The translations under genes and the position numbers were made by a program. Shown one piece after another: positions 48,130-59,587 of a stretch of DNA of 64,000 nucleotides (the stretch's first letter is position 1; each line of letters begins with the position of its first letter). Source of the stretch: Deinococcales bacterium (GTDB lineage: Bacteria > Deinococcota > Deinococci > Deinococcales > JAAFIG01); NCBI GenBank assembly GCA_043778225.1, contig JAYWGM010000094.1, positions 32,001 through 96,000 of the forward strand, given 5' to 3'. Under the pieces are notes generated by a model. The model was not told the DNA's origin. It ran no database searches and was given only the letters and a program-made list of their open reading frames with translations.

Positions 48130-49746
48130 TTACGGATTACCAAGGTTAGGTCGTGTAGAAAAACCACCAGTCACAGCATTCTCGAGTGGCGTACCCGAGC
48201 CATAATCGGTGGCACTGGTACTGACACTCCAAGTGATGCTGCTACCAGCTAGGTAGGCGGTGGCAGGTGTGTAGGTCATTTGTTTGCAATTGAGGAATTC
48301 GCCACTAAACAAAACGCATTCGGGATTCCACGTGATTGTTCCAGCTTTAAGAACATTGTTATTGCGAACCTGAAGGGCTGCTTGGGTTAGGGCTTTGTTC
48401 ATGTCTTCGGAGAACGTCATAACAATTGGGGCAGTCATACTCGAGAAACCAAAACCACTGGGCAAAAAGCTCACCACTCGAGGTGGAGCGTTACCACTTG
48501 TGAACTTAAAACCATAAGCAGCTTGTAAGGTATTGCCAACAATGTCGGTAGCACTCATGCCCAGTGTAATTGTGTACAGCGTTTGTTGGTCTAAGCGAAT
48601 ACTGGGCTGGCAATTGGCGCTCGAGTCCGAAACCCAAGTCCAAGTGCAAGCAATACTGGGTTGACTGACAAAAGCACTTTCGACACTGGTGCGGTTCATG
48701 GCTTTACTAAAATTTAAGGTAATCGACGCACTAAAAAGCACATTGGTTTGGGCATCGGTTGGTGTGAAGCTGACCAGTGCAGGTTTAATCGTGTCTTGAA
48801 CTGTAGTGAACCGTGATGCTAATGGGCTGGTTAGTGCAATTCCCGCCGTACTCTGGGCGGTCAAAGCAAGTGTAAAATCGTACTGCGTGGCAAATGGAAA
48901 TTCGGAATTTGGCGTGCAAGTCGCGGTTTGGTCATTGTCCAGCCACACCCACATACAAGCAATAACAGGCACGCTCGAGAAGGCAGTTTCAACACTGGTT
49001 TTATTCATGGTTCTCGAGAAACGCAAGGTAATTTTGCTGTTCAGGGCAACATCTATGGCATTATTAGCTGGTGAACTGCTCGAGATACTTGGCGGGGCGC
49101 TCAAGCTCGAGAATTGCAAGGTGGTCGCGCCGCCCAAATCGTTTCCAGCCACGTCTTTTCCTGCCAGTGCAATTGTGTATGTAGTGTCAAATTGCAAAGC
49201 TGGCGTGACAAAACTGACCACGGTATTGCCAGTATTCCAAGTCGCAGCACCCAGCGTTAAGCCATTACTTGAGGCTGTGACGGTGCTGATGTTCATGGCT
49301 TTACTAAACGTCAGTTGGACTTGGGCATTCAGGGCTATCGCCGTGGCATTAAGCAGAGGTTGGCTCGAGACCAAGGTCGGCGCAGTCGTATCAGGAGCAA
49401 TCGGTGTAGCCGAAAGCAAAGCGGTACTGCTCGAGGTGTTACCCGTAGCATCGGTTGCCTCAAGTTTGAAAAAATATGTTATGCCATTGGTTAAACCCGT
49501 TTTTTCAAATTGTTTTGCAGTCTTGGCAATGGTTTCAGTTGCATTTTGAGCCGTGGCACTGCTGCCCCAACGCAATGTGTACTTGTCTAAATCAGGTTCG
49601 GTGTTTGCAATCCACTCGAGTTTGACTCTCCCCTCCCCTGCTATGGCTTTGAAGCCTGTTGGTGTGGCTGGTGCAGTGATGTCTGGCGTTGGCGTAGGAG
49701 TACAAGCCAGCAAACTGACCAATAAAAACAAGAATGGTTTTTTCAT
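48130..49746 (-). CDS. Lipoprotein with Fn3 and about 4 Ig-like (Big_5-type) domains
   Basis: LLAC lipobox; repeated P.....I.L.FS..MN. Confidence 0.85.
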   Translation of the reverse strand: MKKPFLFLLVSLLACTPTPTPDITAPATPTGFKAIAGEGRVKLEWIANTEPDLDKYTLRWGSSATAQNATETIAKTAKQFEKTGLTNGITYFFKLEATDATGNTSSSTALLSATPIAPDTTAPTLVSSQPLLNATAIALNAQVQLTFSKAMNISTVTASSNGLTLGAATWNTGNTVVSFVTPALQFDTTYTIALAGKDVAGNDLGGATTLQFSSLSAPPSISSSSPANNAIDVALNSKITLRFSRTMNKTSVETAFSSVPVIACMWVWLDNDQTATCTPNSEFPFATQYDFTLALTAQSTAGIALTSPLASRFTTVQDTIKPALVSFTPTDAQTNVLFSASITLNFSKAMNRTSVESAFVSQPSIACTWTWVSDSSANCQPSIRLDQQTLYTITLGMSATDIVGNTLQAAYGFKFTSGNAPPRVVSFLPSGFGFSSMTAPIVMTFSEDMNKALTQAALQVRNNNVLKAGTITWNPECVLFSGEFLNCKQMTYTPATAYLAGSSITWSVSTSATDYGSGTPLENAVTGGFSTRPNLGNP

Positions 49747-49758
49747 GATTCCCCCGAG

Positions 49759-51804
49759 TTACGGAACACACACAATGTTTCTGATAACCACGGATTTACG
49801 TCCCTCGTTGTTCTGGGGGTCTTTGGCAACCAAAGTCACGCGGATATTGACGTTATAGCCATTTAAGCAATTCAAGCCAAGTGCCGCCGTTAAATTCACT
49901 TGCCCTTGGGCATTTAGTGTCAGTGGTACATCAGTCCCAAAGTTACCGCCACTGGTATTCTGGAAAGCGCCAAACCAAGTTAAAGTTACAGCATCACCTG
50001 CGGGGTCGGTAGCACTACCTGTTAATCGAATCAAAGCCCCATCGGTAACTGGTGTGGTAGCAGTCGGACTTGAGATACTGACTGGATTTGGTGGAGGATT
50101 GGCTGGTGCAGGTAAAACATTGATCACCACGGTTTGCGAATTGGTCAATCCTTGCGGGTCGGTAGCCGTAACGGTTAAGGTACGATTCCCAACACTCGAG
50201 AATACCTTGCTAATTTCACAACCAGTTTGCGGGAAAGCATCGGTGGGGATGCTACTTGTCCACGCAATGCTCGAGCAAGCCAATTCGTCGTTGGGTTCGT
50301 TGATGTCTCGAGCATTTGCTGAAAAGTTATAGCTCAAACCCTGATAAATGACCGAGGCGCTGCTTGGGTCAGAAACATTTAATTCTGGCGCAGAATTGCT
50401 GACGGTAATCACTTTGGAGCGTGTGACCGTTTCGCCGTCTGAATCGCGGACTTTTAGGGTAATTGTGCGTGCGCCAACCGTACTAAAGACCTTACTGGTT
50501 TCTCGAGTGCTTGGAATTGCACCATCGCTGGCTAAACTCGAAGTCCAGGTATAAGTCAGGTTTGTCCCATCTTCTAAGTCGGTGGCATTGCTCGAGAAGA
50601 ACGTATTGCGGTTCAGGGCGCTTGTATCTAAAACACTAAAATCAGTGATGCTTGGCGGGCTGTTTGGTGAACTGGCAATCGGGAAACGCTTTTCAAAAAC
50701 TCGGGTGCTGTATTCTTTTTCAATGCCCCATTTATCTATTTCGACCCCAACATCTATACCGATTCCACCGTCAAGTTTCCAGAATGGTTTGCGCGGGACT
50801 TGGGCATCAAAAGCCACAAAAACTTCTGGGCGAACAAATAATCCCACGGCTTCGTAAAGCAGCAACTCGAGCGTCACATTGGCAAAGGCTTCGGCGTTAA
50901 TTGCAAAACTAATTTGGCTCGAGTCAACGCTAAATTGGTTGCTGACTTGGCTGATGTTGCTCCATTCTTCGTTGTATTCTGCCCCAGCTTTAATCACCAA
51001 AGTTTGGCTGACACTGACATCTATTGCACCGTTCGCCGAACCACGCACCCCGATGTCGAGCTTGACCACTGGGCGAATTACGATTGGCACTGGACCGATT
51101 GAAAAAGTGATGGGACGGAAACGAACTTCGCCAATACGGATTTTTTTGACAACATTAAAATCCACTTTGCCTTTTAAGGTCAGGTTGGTTTTTTGGGTAA
51201 AACTGGCTTCGGCTAGAAAATCAAAATCGGGCGGGAAGAAATCAATATCCCAGTCAAAACGAACACTGGTTGCAAGGTCGAGTAAACCACTCAGCACCAC
51301 TTGGTCGGTGGTTGTGGTGGTATCGCCGTCTTTATCGAACAGCACTTTATTAAAACTAAAAGTTGGATTGGTGGCTTGGGGACGCAACTTTGGGGTGTAC
51401 GTCACGCCACTGGCTAATTGGGTGCTTTCGATGTCGGCTTCGGACAAGGCTCGAGTCACATCTAAGCTGCCTTTTTGAATCGCTTCGCGCAAAGTAGCTG
51501 GGGCAGTCTCGAGCATCGTTTTACCATTTTCGGTTTTAACGCCAATTACTTTGCGTAAAAAACCATTTGGAGCGCTGGTGGTTGGCGCACTGACCACGAC
51601 ATCGCCAGTTGCTATTGGCTGCGTTCCAGCAAAAGTCAGGCTGTTGGGCTGGACAGTCTCGAGGGCAGCCAGCACAGGGGCGGTCAGCACTTTGGTGGTG
51701 CTAGGAATAATCACTTCTGCGGGTGGCAATGGCGGAGTGACACAAGCCGCGATAACACCACCTAGACCAAAAATCAGAACGGTATTTTTGAACCAGCTTT
51801 TCAT
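49759..51804 (-). CDS. Lipoprotein with C-terminal PKD/Ig-like domains
   Basis: IAAC lipobox; repeated D.ED...W.SS...G...TL.V.D. Confidence 0.82.
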   Translation of the reverse strand: MKSWFKNTVLIFGLGGVIAACVTPPLPPAEVIIPSTTKVLTAPVLAALETVQPNSLTFAGTQPIATGDVVVSAPTTSAPNGFLRKVIGVKTENGKTMLETAPATLREAIQKGSLDVTRALSEADIESTQLASGVTYTPKLRPQATNPTFSFNKVLFDKDGDTTTTTDQVVLSGLLDLATSVRFDWDIDFFPPDFDFLAEASFTQKTNLTLKGKVDFNVVKKIRIGEVRFRPITFSIGPVPIVIRPVVKLDIGVRGSANGAIDVSVSQTLVIKAGAEYNEEWSNISQVSNQFSVDSSQISFAINAEAFANVTLELLLYEAVGLFVRPEVFVAFDAQVPRKPFWKLDGGIGIDVGVEIDKWGIEKEYSTRVFEKRFPIASSPNSPPSITDFSVLDTSALNRNTFFSSNATDLEDGTNLTYTWTSSLASDGAIPSTRETSKVFSTVGARTITLKVRDSDGETVTRSKVITVSNSAPELNVSDPSSASVIYQGLSYNFSANARDINEPNDELACSSIAWTSSIPTDAFPQTGCEISKVFSSVGNRTLTVTATDPQGLTNSQTVVINVLPAPANPPPNPVSISSPTATTPVTDGALIRLTGSATDPAGDAVTLTWFGAFQNTSGGNFGTDVPLTLNAQGQVNLTAALGLNCLNGYNVNIRVTLVAKDPQNNEGRKSVVIRNIVCVP

Positions 51805-51928
51805 GGTTGCTCCTTGAAGAATCTGGGTCATCTTGAACAAAGGCTGTCCTAATTCCTAGAGCCGATGTCCTAAAATGTCCCAAGCGCTCATCACTACTTC
51901 TTGGGCAGCCTGTGGCGTACAGTTTGCT

Positions 51929-54031
51929 ATGTTGCCATTGCCCCAGCCCCAAACCAGCCAAGCAGTGGCTCGAGTGGTCTGGTGGTTGTCTGCGGGCGTA
52001 GCCGTGGCGTTATTTTTTGTTTTTTCGCTCTATTTTTGGCATTTTGCCACGACCACACCGTGTTCTCGAGCCGATTGTTCTGAATTGCTTGGTTGGCTGG
52101 GTCAATTTGGTTTGGGGATCGAAGTTTTTGCACTGCTCTACCTGACCAGTTTTGTTGTCCCGACACTGATTTGGATCACGCTGGCATTTTGGGTTTTTTT
52201 GGCACAGCCACGAAAAATCTGGAGTGGTATTTTCTCCTTGGTTTTTTTAATTGGTTGGTATGGCGAAATCAACAGCCAGTATTTAAGAGGTTCATTGCCA
52301 CAAGCGATCAATTACAGCCTCGAGTTGGTTGGTGTGTTTGGCTCGAATACCGAGGTTTTTAGTGCTTATCTGCGTGGGATTCTTAAAATGCTTGCCGATA
52401 ACTTGCTGGTGCTGATGGTTTTTGCTTTTCCAGATGGCAAGTTATATCCGCGCTGGTCAAGGTTTTACTTGGTTATTTTGGCGGCGCTGTCGCTCGGCTA
52501 TTCGATGCCATTTTTGCGCGAGACCCCTTGGAATTATGCTCGCTTGGTTTTTCCGTTTAATTTTTTCATCAATCTATTGTTGCTGCTTGCCCTGATTTGG
52601 GGCTTATGGTCGCGCTACCGTCATAACTCCGAGGCAGTGCGCTATCAAATTCGTGGCATTTTTCCAATTATGATTGTGAATGCCGTTATTTATAGCCTCG
52701 ATTTGATTTTTGGGGTACTGCTCAAACGTGGTGTTTTCTCGAGCAACGCCCTGATTGAGCCACTGGGCGACTTGTTGATTAATTTCCTCAACAGCTTTGG
52801 GATGATTTGGTTAGCGGTTGCGGTCGCCCAAATCATTGTGCGTCAGCAATTATTTGATATTCGCTTTGTCTTAAACCGAGCCTTGGCTTATGGCGCAGTG
52901 GTGGTCAGCGCGGCTGTGGTTTATGGCTTAATTATTGGAGGCTTAAACAGTGTATTTCGGCAAACCGAACTGTGGTTATCGGTGCTGGCAACCGGTGTTG
53001 TGGCGGTTTTGTTTCATCCGATGCTGGTACTTTTTAGGTCAGCCGCCAACCGACTTTTTTATGGCGAACGCCACGACCCATACCGTGCCATTTCTAACCT
53101 TGGGCGGCAACTCGAGGCGGTCTACAAACCCGACGAATTGGCTTTAACGATTGTGCAAACTGTAGCCACGACCCTGCGTTTACCCTATGTGGCACTGACC
53201 ACCAAGCAACCCACGGTGGCAATCGGCACACCCATCGGGCAGATTCTCGAGTTTCCAATGTGGGTTAAAGGGCAGAACATCGGTGCATTGCTGGTCTCGA
53301 GTCGGTTTATTGGCGATTCATTCAACAGGACAGAAATTCGGCTGCTCGAGGATTTGGCTTCAAGGGCTGCAACCGCCGTATACGAAGCCTTTTTGACCCA
53401 AGAAGTGCAAACCAGTAAAGAAGCGATCGTCTTTGCCCGAGAAGAAGAACGCAAACGGATTCGCCGCGATTTACACGATGGACTTGGACCTGCTTTAGCC
53501 AGTCTTTCTATGAATCTACAAATTTCTAAGCAACTGATTGTTAAAAACCCAACTCGAGCCGAGGAAATGATCAGCACCTCGGCGCAAAGTGTTCAAGAAG
53601 CCATGACCGACATTCGTCGTTTGGTCTACGGGTTGCGTCCGCCAGCCCTCGACGACCTTGGTTTAGAAGGCGCACTGCGTCAACAAATCGGTCAGATGCT
53701 TGGCATAACCACCACCATTTACTTTTCCGCCCTCGAGCCACTGCCAGCCGCCGTTGAAGTCGCCATCTACCGAATTACCTGCGAAGCCCTAAATAACATT
53801 ACCAAACACGCCAAAGCCACCGAAGTTAAATTTAATTTGTACCACGATGAAACTGGCTTACTGCTCGAGATTTCTGACAACGGCATTGGTTTACTCGAGT
53901 CTCGAGCGAGTGGCATTGGCTTACATTCAATGCGTGAACGAGCGACTGAACTCGGTGGAAAATTCGAGCTTAGTTCAAATAACGGGACTCGGGTGATTGC
54001 ATGGCTGCCCGTGCGAAAGGACGAAAGATGA
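51929..54031 (+). CDS. Multi-TM sensor histidine kinase (HisKA_3)
   Basis: EERKRIRRDLHDG, EAL.N..KH, DNG.G, G.GL..M.ER; start uncertain (51875 or 51929). Confidence 0.93.
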   Translation: MLPLPQPQTSQAVARVVWWLSAGVAVALFFVFSLYFWHFATTTPCSRADCSELLGWLGQFGLGIEVFALLYLTSFVVPTLIWITLAFWVFLAQPRKIWSGIFSLVFLIGWYGEINSQYLRGSLPQAINYSLELVGVFGSNTEVFSAYLRGILKMLADNLLVLMVFAFPDGKLYPRWSRFYLVILAALSLGYSMPFLRETPWNYARLVFPFNFFINLLLLLALIWGLWSRYRHNSEAVRYQIRGIFPIMIVNAVIYSLDLIFGVLLKRGVFSSNALIEPLGDLLINFLNSFGMIWLAVAVAQIIVRQQLFDIRFVLNRALAYGAVVVSAAVVYGLIIGGLNSVFRQTELWLSVLATGVVAVLFHPMLVLFRSAANRLFYGERHDPYRAISNLGRQLEAVYKPDELALTIVQTVATTLRLPYVALTTKQPTVAIGTPIGQILEFPMWVKGQNIGALLVSSRFIGDSFNRTEIRLLEDLASRAATAVYEAFLTQEVQTSKEAIVFAREEERKRIRRDLHDGLGPALASLSMNLQISKQLIVKNPTRAEEMISTSAQSVQEAMTDIRRLVYGLRPPALDDLGLEGALRQQIGQMLGITTTIYFSALEPLPAAVEVAIYRITCEALNNITKHAKATEVKFNLYHDETGLLLEISDNGIGLLESRASGIGLHSMRERATELGGKFELSSNNGTRVIAWLPVRKDER

Positions 54032-54666
54032 ACGATATTGGTGTTTTAATCGTGGATGACCACTTGGTCTTACGCAGTGGTCTGCGCTTGCTGCTCGAGT
54101 CTGAACTTGGCATCGAAATAGTGGCAGATGCCGCCAATGCCGAAGATGCCTTAACACTTGCTTCCCAACTGCAACCCGATGTGATTTTAATGGACATTCA
54201 ACTGCCCAAAATGAACGGCATCGAAGCCACACGGCGCATCAAAAGCACCAATCCCAGAATTCAAATTTTAATGCTGACCATGTTCCAAGACGATGATTCG
54301 GTTTTTGCCGCGATTCGGGCTGGCGCACAAGGCTACTTATTAAAAGGCGCAAGCCAACTCGAGATTGCCCAAGCCATACGCGGCGTGGCTCGCGGCGAAG
54401 CGGTCTTTGGGGCAGGCGTTGCCGAACGGGTTCTAAAGTATTTTGCGGCAGCTCGCCCAGTTGCCTTATTCCCAGAACTCACCACTCGAGAACGCGAAAT
54501 TCTCGAGTTAATCGCGCAGCGTTGTTCTAACTCAACCATTGCTACGAGGCTCGAGTTAAGCCCTAAAACCGTGCGGAATTATGTCTCGAATATCATCTCA
54601 AAATTACAAGTTGCCGACCGATCAGAAGCCATTTGGGTCGCAAAAAACGCCGGCATTGGCTCATAA
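54028..54666 (+). CDS. NarL/LuxR response regulator
   Basis: VDDH, D.ILMD, LT.RE.EIL HTH. Confidence 0.95.
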   Translation: MNDIGVLIVDDHLVLRSGLRLLLESELGIEIVADAANAEDALTLASQLQPDVILMDIQLPKMNGIEATRRIKSTNPRIQILMLTMFQDDDSVFAAIRAGAQGYLLKGASQLEIAQAIRGVARGEAVFGAGVAERVLKYFAAARPVALFPELTTREREILELIAQRCSNSTIATRLELSPKTVRNYVSNIISKLQVADRSEAIWVAKNAGIGS

Positions 54667-55626
54667 CGCCAGTGTCTTTGCCAGTTCGCGCAACTCGAGC
54701 GAAACATCTTTGCGTTTGGTCCATGTATCCTCGAGTGGCACATGAACGATACTGCCCGCCACAACCCCAATCATCACATCGCTTTTACCAGCCATCAGGG
54801 CTTCGACCGCACCATAACCCATTTGCGAAGCCAAGATTCTATCCCGAGCGCTGGGGCTGCCGCCGCGCTGCACATGACCTAAAATACTGACTCGAGCATC
54901 TAAGCCAGTCGCCGCCGAAATGGCTTCCATGACTTTAATCCCGCCGCCTTCGTAGCCTTCGGCAACCACAATAATACTCGAGGCTTTACCCTTGGCGGCA
55001 CTCGCCCGAACAATTTCCACGACTTGCTCGAGGGTTTCTGGGCGCTCTGGAATCAGTACATCCTCTGCGCCACCCGCAATGCCGACATCCAGAGCAATAA
55101 ACCCAGCGTGTCTGCCCATAACTTCAATAATAAAAAGCCGCTCGTGACTGGCGGCTGTGTCACGAATACGGTCAATGGCTTGTAGGGCTGTGTTGACGGC
55201 AGTGTCGTAACCAATCGTATAATCTGTGCCGTAGAGGTCGTTGTCTATTGTTCCGGGTACACCGATGACCGAAAAACCCTGTTCTTGGGACAAAAAATGA
55301 GCGCCGTGGAAACTGCCATCGCCGCCAACCACGACCAAGCCTTCGATTCCCGCGTTTCGCAAATGATTCGCAGCTTGGGCGCGTCCTTCGGTGGTCATAA
55401 ACGGTTTGCAACGGGCAGTTAGTAAAATCGTACCACCACGTTGAATCGTATTTGCCACATCTCGAGCGCCAAGTTTAATAAATTCGCCTTCCATCATTCC
55501 AGCGTAGCCACGTTTGACCCCCATGACTTCGATATTGTGGGCGCTGGCGGTGCGTACCACAGCGCGGACGGCTGCGTTCATGCCGGGCGCGTCGCCACCA
55601 CTGGTTAAAACTCCGATTCGTTTCAT
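54661..55626 (-). CDS. pfkA: 6-phosphofructokinase
   Basis: [27 protein letters not shown]. Confidence 0.98.
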   Translation of the reverse strand: MKRIGVLTSGGDAPGMNAAVRAVVRTASAHNIEVMGVKRGYAGMMEGEFIKLGARDVANTIQRGGTILLTARCKPFMTTEGRAQAANHLRNAGIEGLVVVGGDGSFHGAHFLSQEQGFSVIGVPGTIDNDLYGTDYTIGYDTAVNTALQAIDRIRDTAASHERLFIIEVMGRHAGFIALDVGIAGGAEDVLIPERPETLEQVVEIVRASAAKGKASSIIVVAEGYEGGGIKVMEAISAATGLDARVSILGHVQRGGSPSARDRILASQMGYGAVEALMAGKSDVMIGVVAGSIVHVPLEDTWTKRKDVSLELRELAKTLAL

Positions 55627-55692
55627 ATTCCCTCCACAAAATTCTCGAGGCGCATTGTGACACGTTGCACCTTGCTTGGTACAAACACTCGT

Positions 55693-56520
55693 TCAGACTC
55701 GAGTTTCCGACACGACTTTCAGCGCAAGGTCATAGGCAGCGTTGCGTTCCATCCCAAGCTGTTGCAGTTTGGCACGAATCTCCTTGACCCGCAGTCCAGC
55801 ACTGGCATAATCGAGGGCTTTTGAACCATAATCGAGGCTTGGCTCGAGCGCCACCAGATTTGGCGCAAGCATCAGCACGATTTCGCCTTTGACTTCGCCG
55901 CTAAAGTGCTGGCTTGCACTTAAAAGTGTGCCGCGAAAGATTTCTTCGTGCAGTTTAGAAAGTTCTCGAGCCACAGCACAACCCCGAGTTGCGCCGCACA
56001 GTTCTATCAACTCGAGCAGGGTCACGTGTAGGCGGTGTGGGCTTTCATACAGCACACTGGTGACGCTCGAGATGCTAATTTCCTCGAGTCGTTGGCTGCG
56101 TTCGCGTCCAGAGCGCGGCAAAAACCCATGAAAAGTAAAGCGTCCGCTTGGTAAGCCCGAAAGCGTAACGGCGGGTATCAGCGCATTTGCACCGGGCAGG
56201 GCTTCGACCCGAATACCCAACTCGAGCGCAATCTGTACCAATTCTGCGCCGGGGTCAGAAAGTCCGGGGCTGCCAGCGTCGGAAACAAAAGCCACTCGCG
56301 GGTATTTCTCGAGGACGTGTTTGGCTCGGGTCAGCATCGTGTGGGCATCGAGCCGTTCGAGTGGCTTAGAAATTCCAAAATGGGTCAGTAAGCGTCCAGA
56401 GTGCCGAGTGTCTTCACAGGCGATACAATCCACGTTTTTGAGCGTCTCGAGGGCGCGTAAGGTGATGTCGCCTAGGTTGCCAATCGGTGTGGGGATAAGG
56501 TAAACAATACGTTGAATCAT
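55693..56520 (-). CDS. rsmI: 16S rRNA 2'-O-methyltransferase
   Basis: TPIGNL.D, CEDTR, SDAG.P..SDPG, YESP.R, REL.K.HE. Confidence 0.96.
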   Translation of the reverse strand: MIQRIVYLIPTPIGNLGDITLRALETLKNVDCIACEDTRHSGRLLTHFGISKPLERLDAHTMLTRAKHVLEKYPRVAFVSDAGSPGLSDPGAELVQIALELGIRVEALPGANALIPAVTLSGLPSGRFTFHGFLPRSGRERSQRLEEISISSVTSVLYESPHRLHVTLLELIELCGATRGCAVARELSKLHEEIFRGTLLSASQHFSGEVKGEIVLMLAPNLVALEPSLDYGSKALDYASAGLRVKEIRAKLQQLGMERNAAYDLALKVVSETRV

Positions 56521-56702
56521 GTAGTGGGTGACGGATTTAATGGAATTCGCGCTGCTTTCTTTTTCGGCGCAAAAGCACTGGTGATTGTGGCGCGTACCAG
56601 TTCGCCATCACCAACAGTCACGGTCACAACCGCACCTTCGGGCAGTTTGCCACGCTCGAGAACAATCACGCCATCTTTGACCACACCGCGATAGGCTTTC
56701 AC
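56517..56702 (-). CDS. Small conserved protein (DUF104-like beta motif)
   Basis: G.V..GVIVL...LPEG..V.V; TAGAAT upstream; overlaps rsmI start. Confidence 0.7.
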   Translation of the reverse strand: MKAYRGVVKDGVIVLERGKLPEGAVVTVTVGDGELVRATITSAFAPKKKAARIPLNPSPTT

Positions 56703-56730
56703 GCTTTCTATTCTAGCAGTTCTAAACTTA

Positions 56731-56795
56731 GATGCAATGAGTTAGGAGTTTTGCGTCCCTTGATACAATGAGTTAGGGGGTTTTTGCGTCCCTTG
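56731..56795. repeat. About 32-bp tandem repeat x2 in divergent promoter region
   Basis: GAT(G/A)CAATGAGTTAGG...TTTTGCGTCCCTTG twice. Confidence 0.85.
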
Positions 56796-56833
56796 GTCAA
56801 TCCCGCACATCATCTGACAATTTTTGGGTTACG

Positions 56834-57316
56834 ATGTTAATTATGGAAGAGGTCAATCAGCGTTTGTTGCAGGAACGAGCTAAGCGATTAGCCAAAGAAA
56901 GCGTTCAGGACAATGAAATCCCACTCGAGATGGTGCTTTTACAGGTTGGCGACGAACAATATGCGCTCGAGCTTACCCGCCTCAAAGCTGTGCTGCCTGC
57001 CGAAGTTACGGCTTTACCACTTGCACCGCGAACTGTGGCTGGGGTGATGAATGTGCGTGGTGAGATTGTCAGTGTCTTGGATTTGGCGGCTTTACTTAAA
57101 TTTGAACGCGACGAAAAAGCTGCTGCTTCGGTGGTTTTGACCGAAACCAAGTTCGGAGCGATTGGCTTACGAATTTATGGTGTACCAGAGTTGTATCAGG
57201 CTTTCCAAAGCCAACTTTCGCCAGCTTTGTCGGGGCGCGATTCGGTGCGCGGCGTTTTTGAGGGTCGGGTGGCTTGGCTCGATGTCGATGCTCTGTGCGC
57301 TGGGTTGGACTTATGA
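56834..57316 (+). CDS. cheW: CheW
   Basis: T.LP.AP..V.GV.NVRGEI.SV.DL. Confidence 0.92.
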   Translation: MLIMEEVNQRLLQERAKRLAKESVQDNEIPLEMVLLQVGDEQYALELTRLKAVLPAEVTALPLAPRTVAGVMNVRGEIVSVLDLAALLKFERDEKAAASVVLTETKFGAIGLRIYGVPELYQAFQSQLSPALSGRDSVRGVFEGRVAWLDVDALCAGLDL

Positions 57317-59484
57317 ATAAGCTCGAGACTTGGTTTCATAACCAGCCTTTGTTAATCAAGTTGATTTTACAAAGTATTTTGATTCTGATACCGCTTTTTT
57401 TAATTTCTGGCTTTTTTATTGCCAATTCAATCAACACCGTGGTGACCCGTTCGGCTGGAAATCAGGTGCGGCAATTGGCATTTGAAGCCAGCGACAAATT
57501 AGACCGCAATCTTTTTGAGCGTTACGGCGATGTTCAAGCCTACGCTAAATCTTCGGCTGCCACCAGCCTTGACCCAGCCCAAATCGAGCGCTGGATGGAG
57601 ATTATGTTGGCGACTTATCGCCCGATTTATCGTCTGATGCTGGTGGCGGATAAACGTGGGCGGGTCATTAGTACCTATGGCGTGGATAACGACAACATGA
57701 ACCCAAGTTCGGCTTGGAAAAAACTGGATACCTCGAGTTTACGCGGCTTGGATGTCAGCCAAGAATCGTGGTTCAAACAAGCCAGCAGTGGTAACCTGCC
57801 CGATGGCTCGGCGGTGGTTCATGATGTGGCTCGAGACCCGATTATGGACAGCCTATATGGCGCGGAAAAATCGGTGGCGATGACTTTTTCTGCCCCAATT
57901 CGCAATCCTGCTGGGGCAGTGATTGGTGTTTGGCACAATTATTTTAATTGGGAAGTCGCCAAAAATATCATTCAAGAAGTCCAAGACCGAGCCGCCAAAG
58001 ATGGGTACTCGAGTACCCGCTTTTTAATTTCAGCCGACAATGGTTTACTGCTCTACACGCCAACTGGCAAATATACTTTTACCAGAAGTATTCGCCAAGA
58101 AAAGTTTGCTTCCTACGAGGCTTCGCGCCAGGCTGGCGAAGGCTTTGTCAGCGCCAGAGATTTTTCAAATCCAGAACTGACACTGGCTTCGCCCGGTCTG
58201 GTCGGTTTTTATGTTTCTCGAGGCTACTCGAGTTATTCGGGCTTAAAGTGGATTGTTTTGGCAAGTCGTTCGATGGGCGAAGTTAAAGCCGAAGGCGCAA
58301 CCCTGAACCAAATTCTGACGGTTTTACGTTTAGGGGCTTTCTTGAGTGTCATTCTGGTCTTATTTGTGGCAACTCGCTACATCAGGCGGCAAGTGACTGG
58401 CTTGACCAGCAGCGCGGCTGGGTTGGCGGTTGGGCATCTGAACCAAGAACTCGGGCGGGTCGGGCAAGACGAAATAGGGCGTTTGACGGCTTCGTTTCAC
58501 GACATGGTGGCGTATCAGCGTGAAATGGCTGGGGTTGCCAATGCGATTTCTCGAGGTGATTTATCCAAGTCAATCGAACCAAAATCCGAAACCGACGAAC
58601 TTGGTGTGGCATTTGCGACCATGACCAAAAACTTGCGCGAGTTACTGAGCGCCGTTAATCAAGGCAGTTCAGCCGTGGCGGCGGCTTCGACCCAAATTCT
58701 GGCAACTTCGGCACAACAAGCCAGTGGGGTGCATCAGCAAAGTGCGGCGGTGGCACAAACCAGTGCTACCATCGAAGAAGTCCGCAGCAGTTCTGACCAA
58801 GCGGTTGGCATTGCGATGTTGGTCTCCGAAAGCGCCGCAAGCGCCTCAGAAGTTGCCACGGCTGGCGTAGAAGCTGCCAACGAAGCCAATCAAGGAATGT
58901 CCGAGATTCGCGCTCGAGTCCAGCAGATTGCTGAAAATATTTTGGCGCTTTCGGAACAAACTCAACAAATTGGCGAAATTATTGCGACCGTCAACGATAT
59001 TGCTGACCAGAGTAATTTATTGGCGCTGAACGCCGCCATCGAAGCCTCGAGGGCTGGCGACCAAGGCAAAGGTTTTGCGGTGGTTGCCCAAGAAATTCGG
59101 CTGCTTTCCGAGCAATCTAAAGGCGCAACTGCCCAAGTCAAATCTATTCTTGGCGAAATCCAGCGTGCCACCAACAGCGCCGTCATGACCACCGAGCAAG
59201 GGATTAAAGTCGCCGATGCTGGGGTGGACAGCATTGCCAAGGTGCTGAGTGTGATTGAGGGCTTACAAGAAGCGATTCAACACGCTTCGCACAATGCCCA
59301 ACTGATTTCGGCTTCAGTCCGTCAACACAGTGCTGGCATGGAACAAATCACTGGGGCAATGCAGAGCATTGGCAATGCCACCAAAGATAATTTATCGGGC
59401 GCTCAACACACCCGCGATGCCGCCCAAGAACTAGCGGCACTCTCGAGCCGTTTACGCGGTATGGTAGAGCAGTACCAGACTTAA
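57313..59484 (+). CDS. Methyl-accepting chemotaxis protein (Cache, HAMP, short MA domain)
   Basis: [21 protein letters not shown] HAMPs, [19 protein letters not shown]. Confidence 0.95.
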   Translation: MNKLETWFHNQPLLIKLILQSILILIPLFLISGFFIANSINTVVTRSAGNQVRQLAFEASDKLDRNLFERYGDVQAYAKSSAATSLDPAQIERWMEIMLATYRPIYRLMLVADKRGRVISTYGVDNDNMNPSSAWKKLDTSSLRGLDVSQESWFKQASSGNLPDGSAVVHDVARDPIMDSLYGAEKSVAMTFSAPIRNPAGAVIGVWHNYFNWEVAKNIIQEVQDRAAKDGYSSTRFLISADNGLLLYTPTGKYTFTRSIRQEKFASYEASRQAGEGFVSARDFSNPELTLASPGLVGFYVSRGYSSYSGLKWIVLASRSMGEVKAEGATLNQILTVLRLGAFLSVILVLFVATRYIRRQVTGLTSSAAGLAVGHLNQELGRVGQDEIGRLTASFHDMVAYQREMAGVANAISRGDLSKSIEPKSETDELGVAFATMTKNLRELLSAVNQGSSAVAAASTQILATSAQQASGVHQQSAAVAQTSATIEEVRSSSDQAVGIAMLVSESAASASEVATAGVEAANEANQGMSEIRARVQQIAENILALSEQTQQIGEIIATVNDIADQSNLLALNAAIEASRAGDQGKGFAVVAQEIRLLSEQSKGATAQVKSILGEIQRATNSAVMTTEQGIKVADAGVDSIAKVLSVIEGLQEAIQHASHNAQLISASVRQHSAGMEQITGAMQSIGNATKDNLSGAQHTRDAAQELAALSSRLRGMVEQYQT

Positions 59485-59576
59485 TGGTAGAGCAGTACCA
59501 GACTTAATGGTAGAGCAGTAACAGACTTAATGGTAGTGCAGTAACAGACTTAATGGTAGTGCAGTAACAAACCTAG
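59461..59576 (+). repeat. 23-bp tandem repeat x5 of MCP 3' end
   Basis: ATGGTAGAGCAGTACCAGACTTA-like units at 59461, 59484, 59507, 59530, 59553. Confidence 0.95.
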
Positions 59577-59587
59577 AGGTTAAAGCC

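Noticed and set aside
48806..49549. Long antisense ORFs (also 50879-51478, 60097-60729, 62271-62945, 17789-18463)
   Set aside because: Shadow frames of well-supported genes with no recognisable motifs
59461..59576. CRISPR array
   Set aside because: No spacers; the unit is the MCP 3' end
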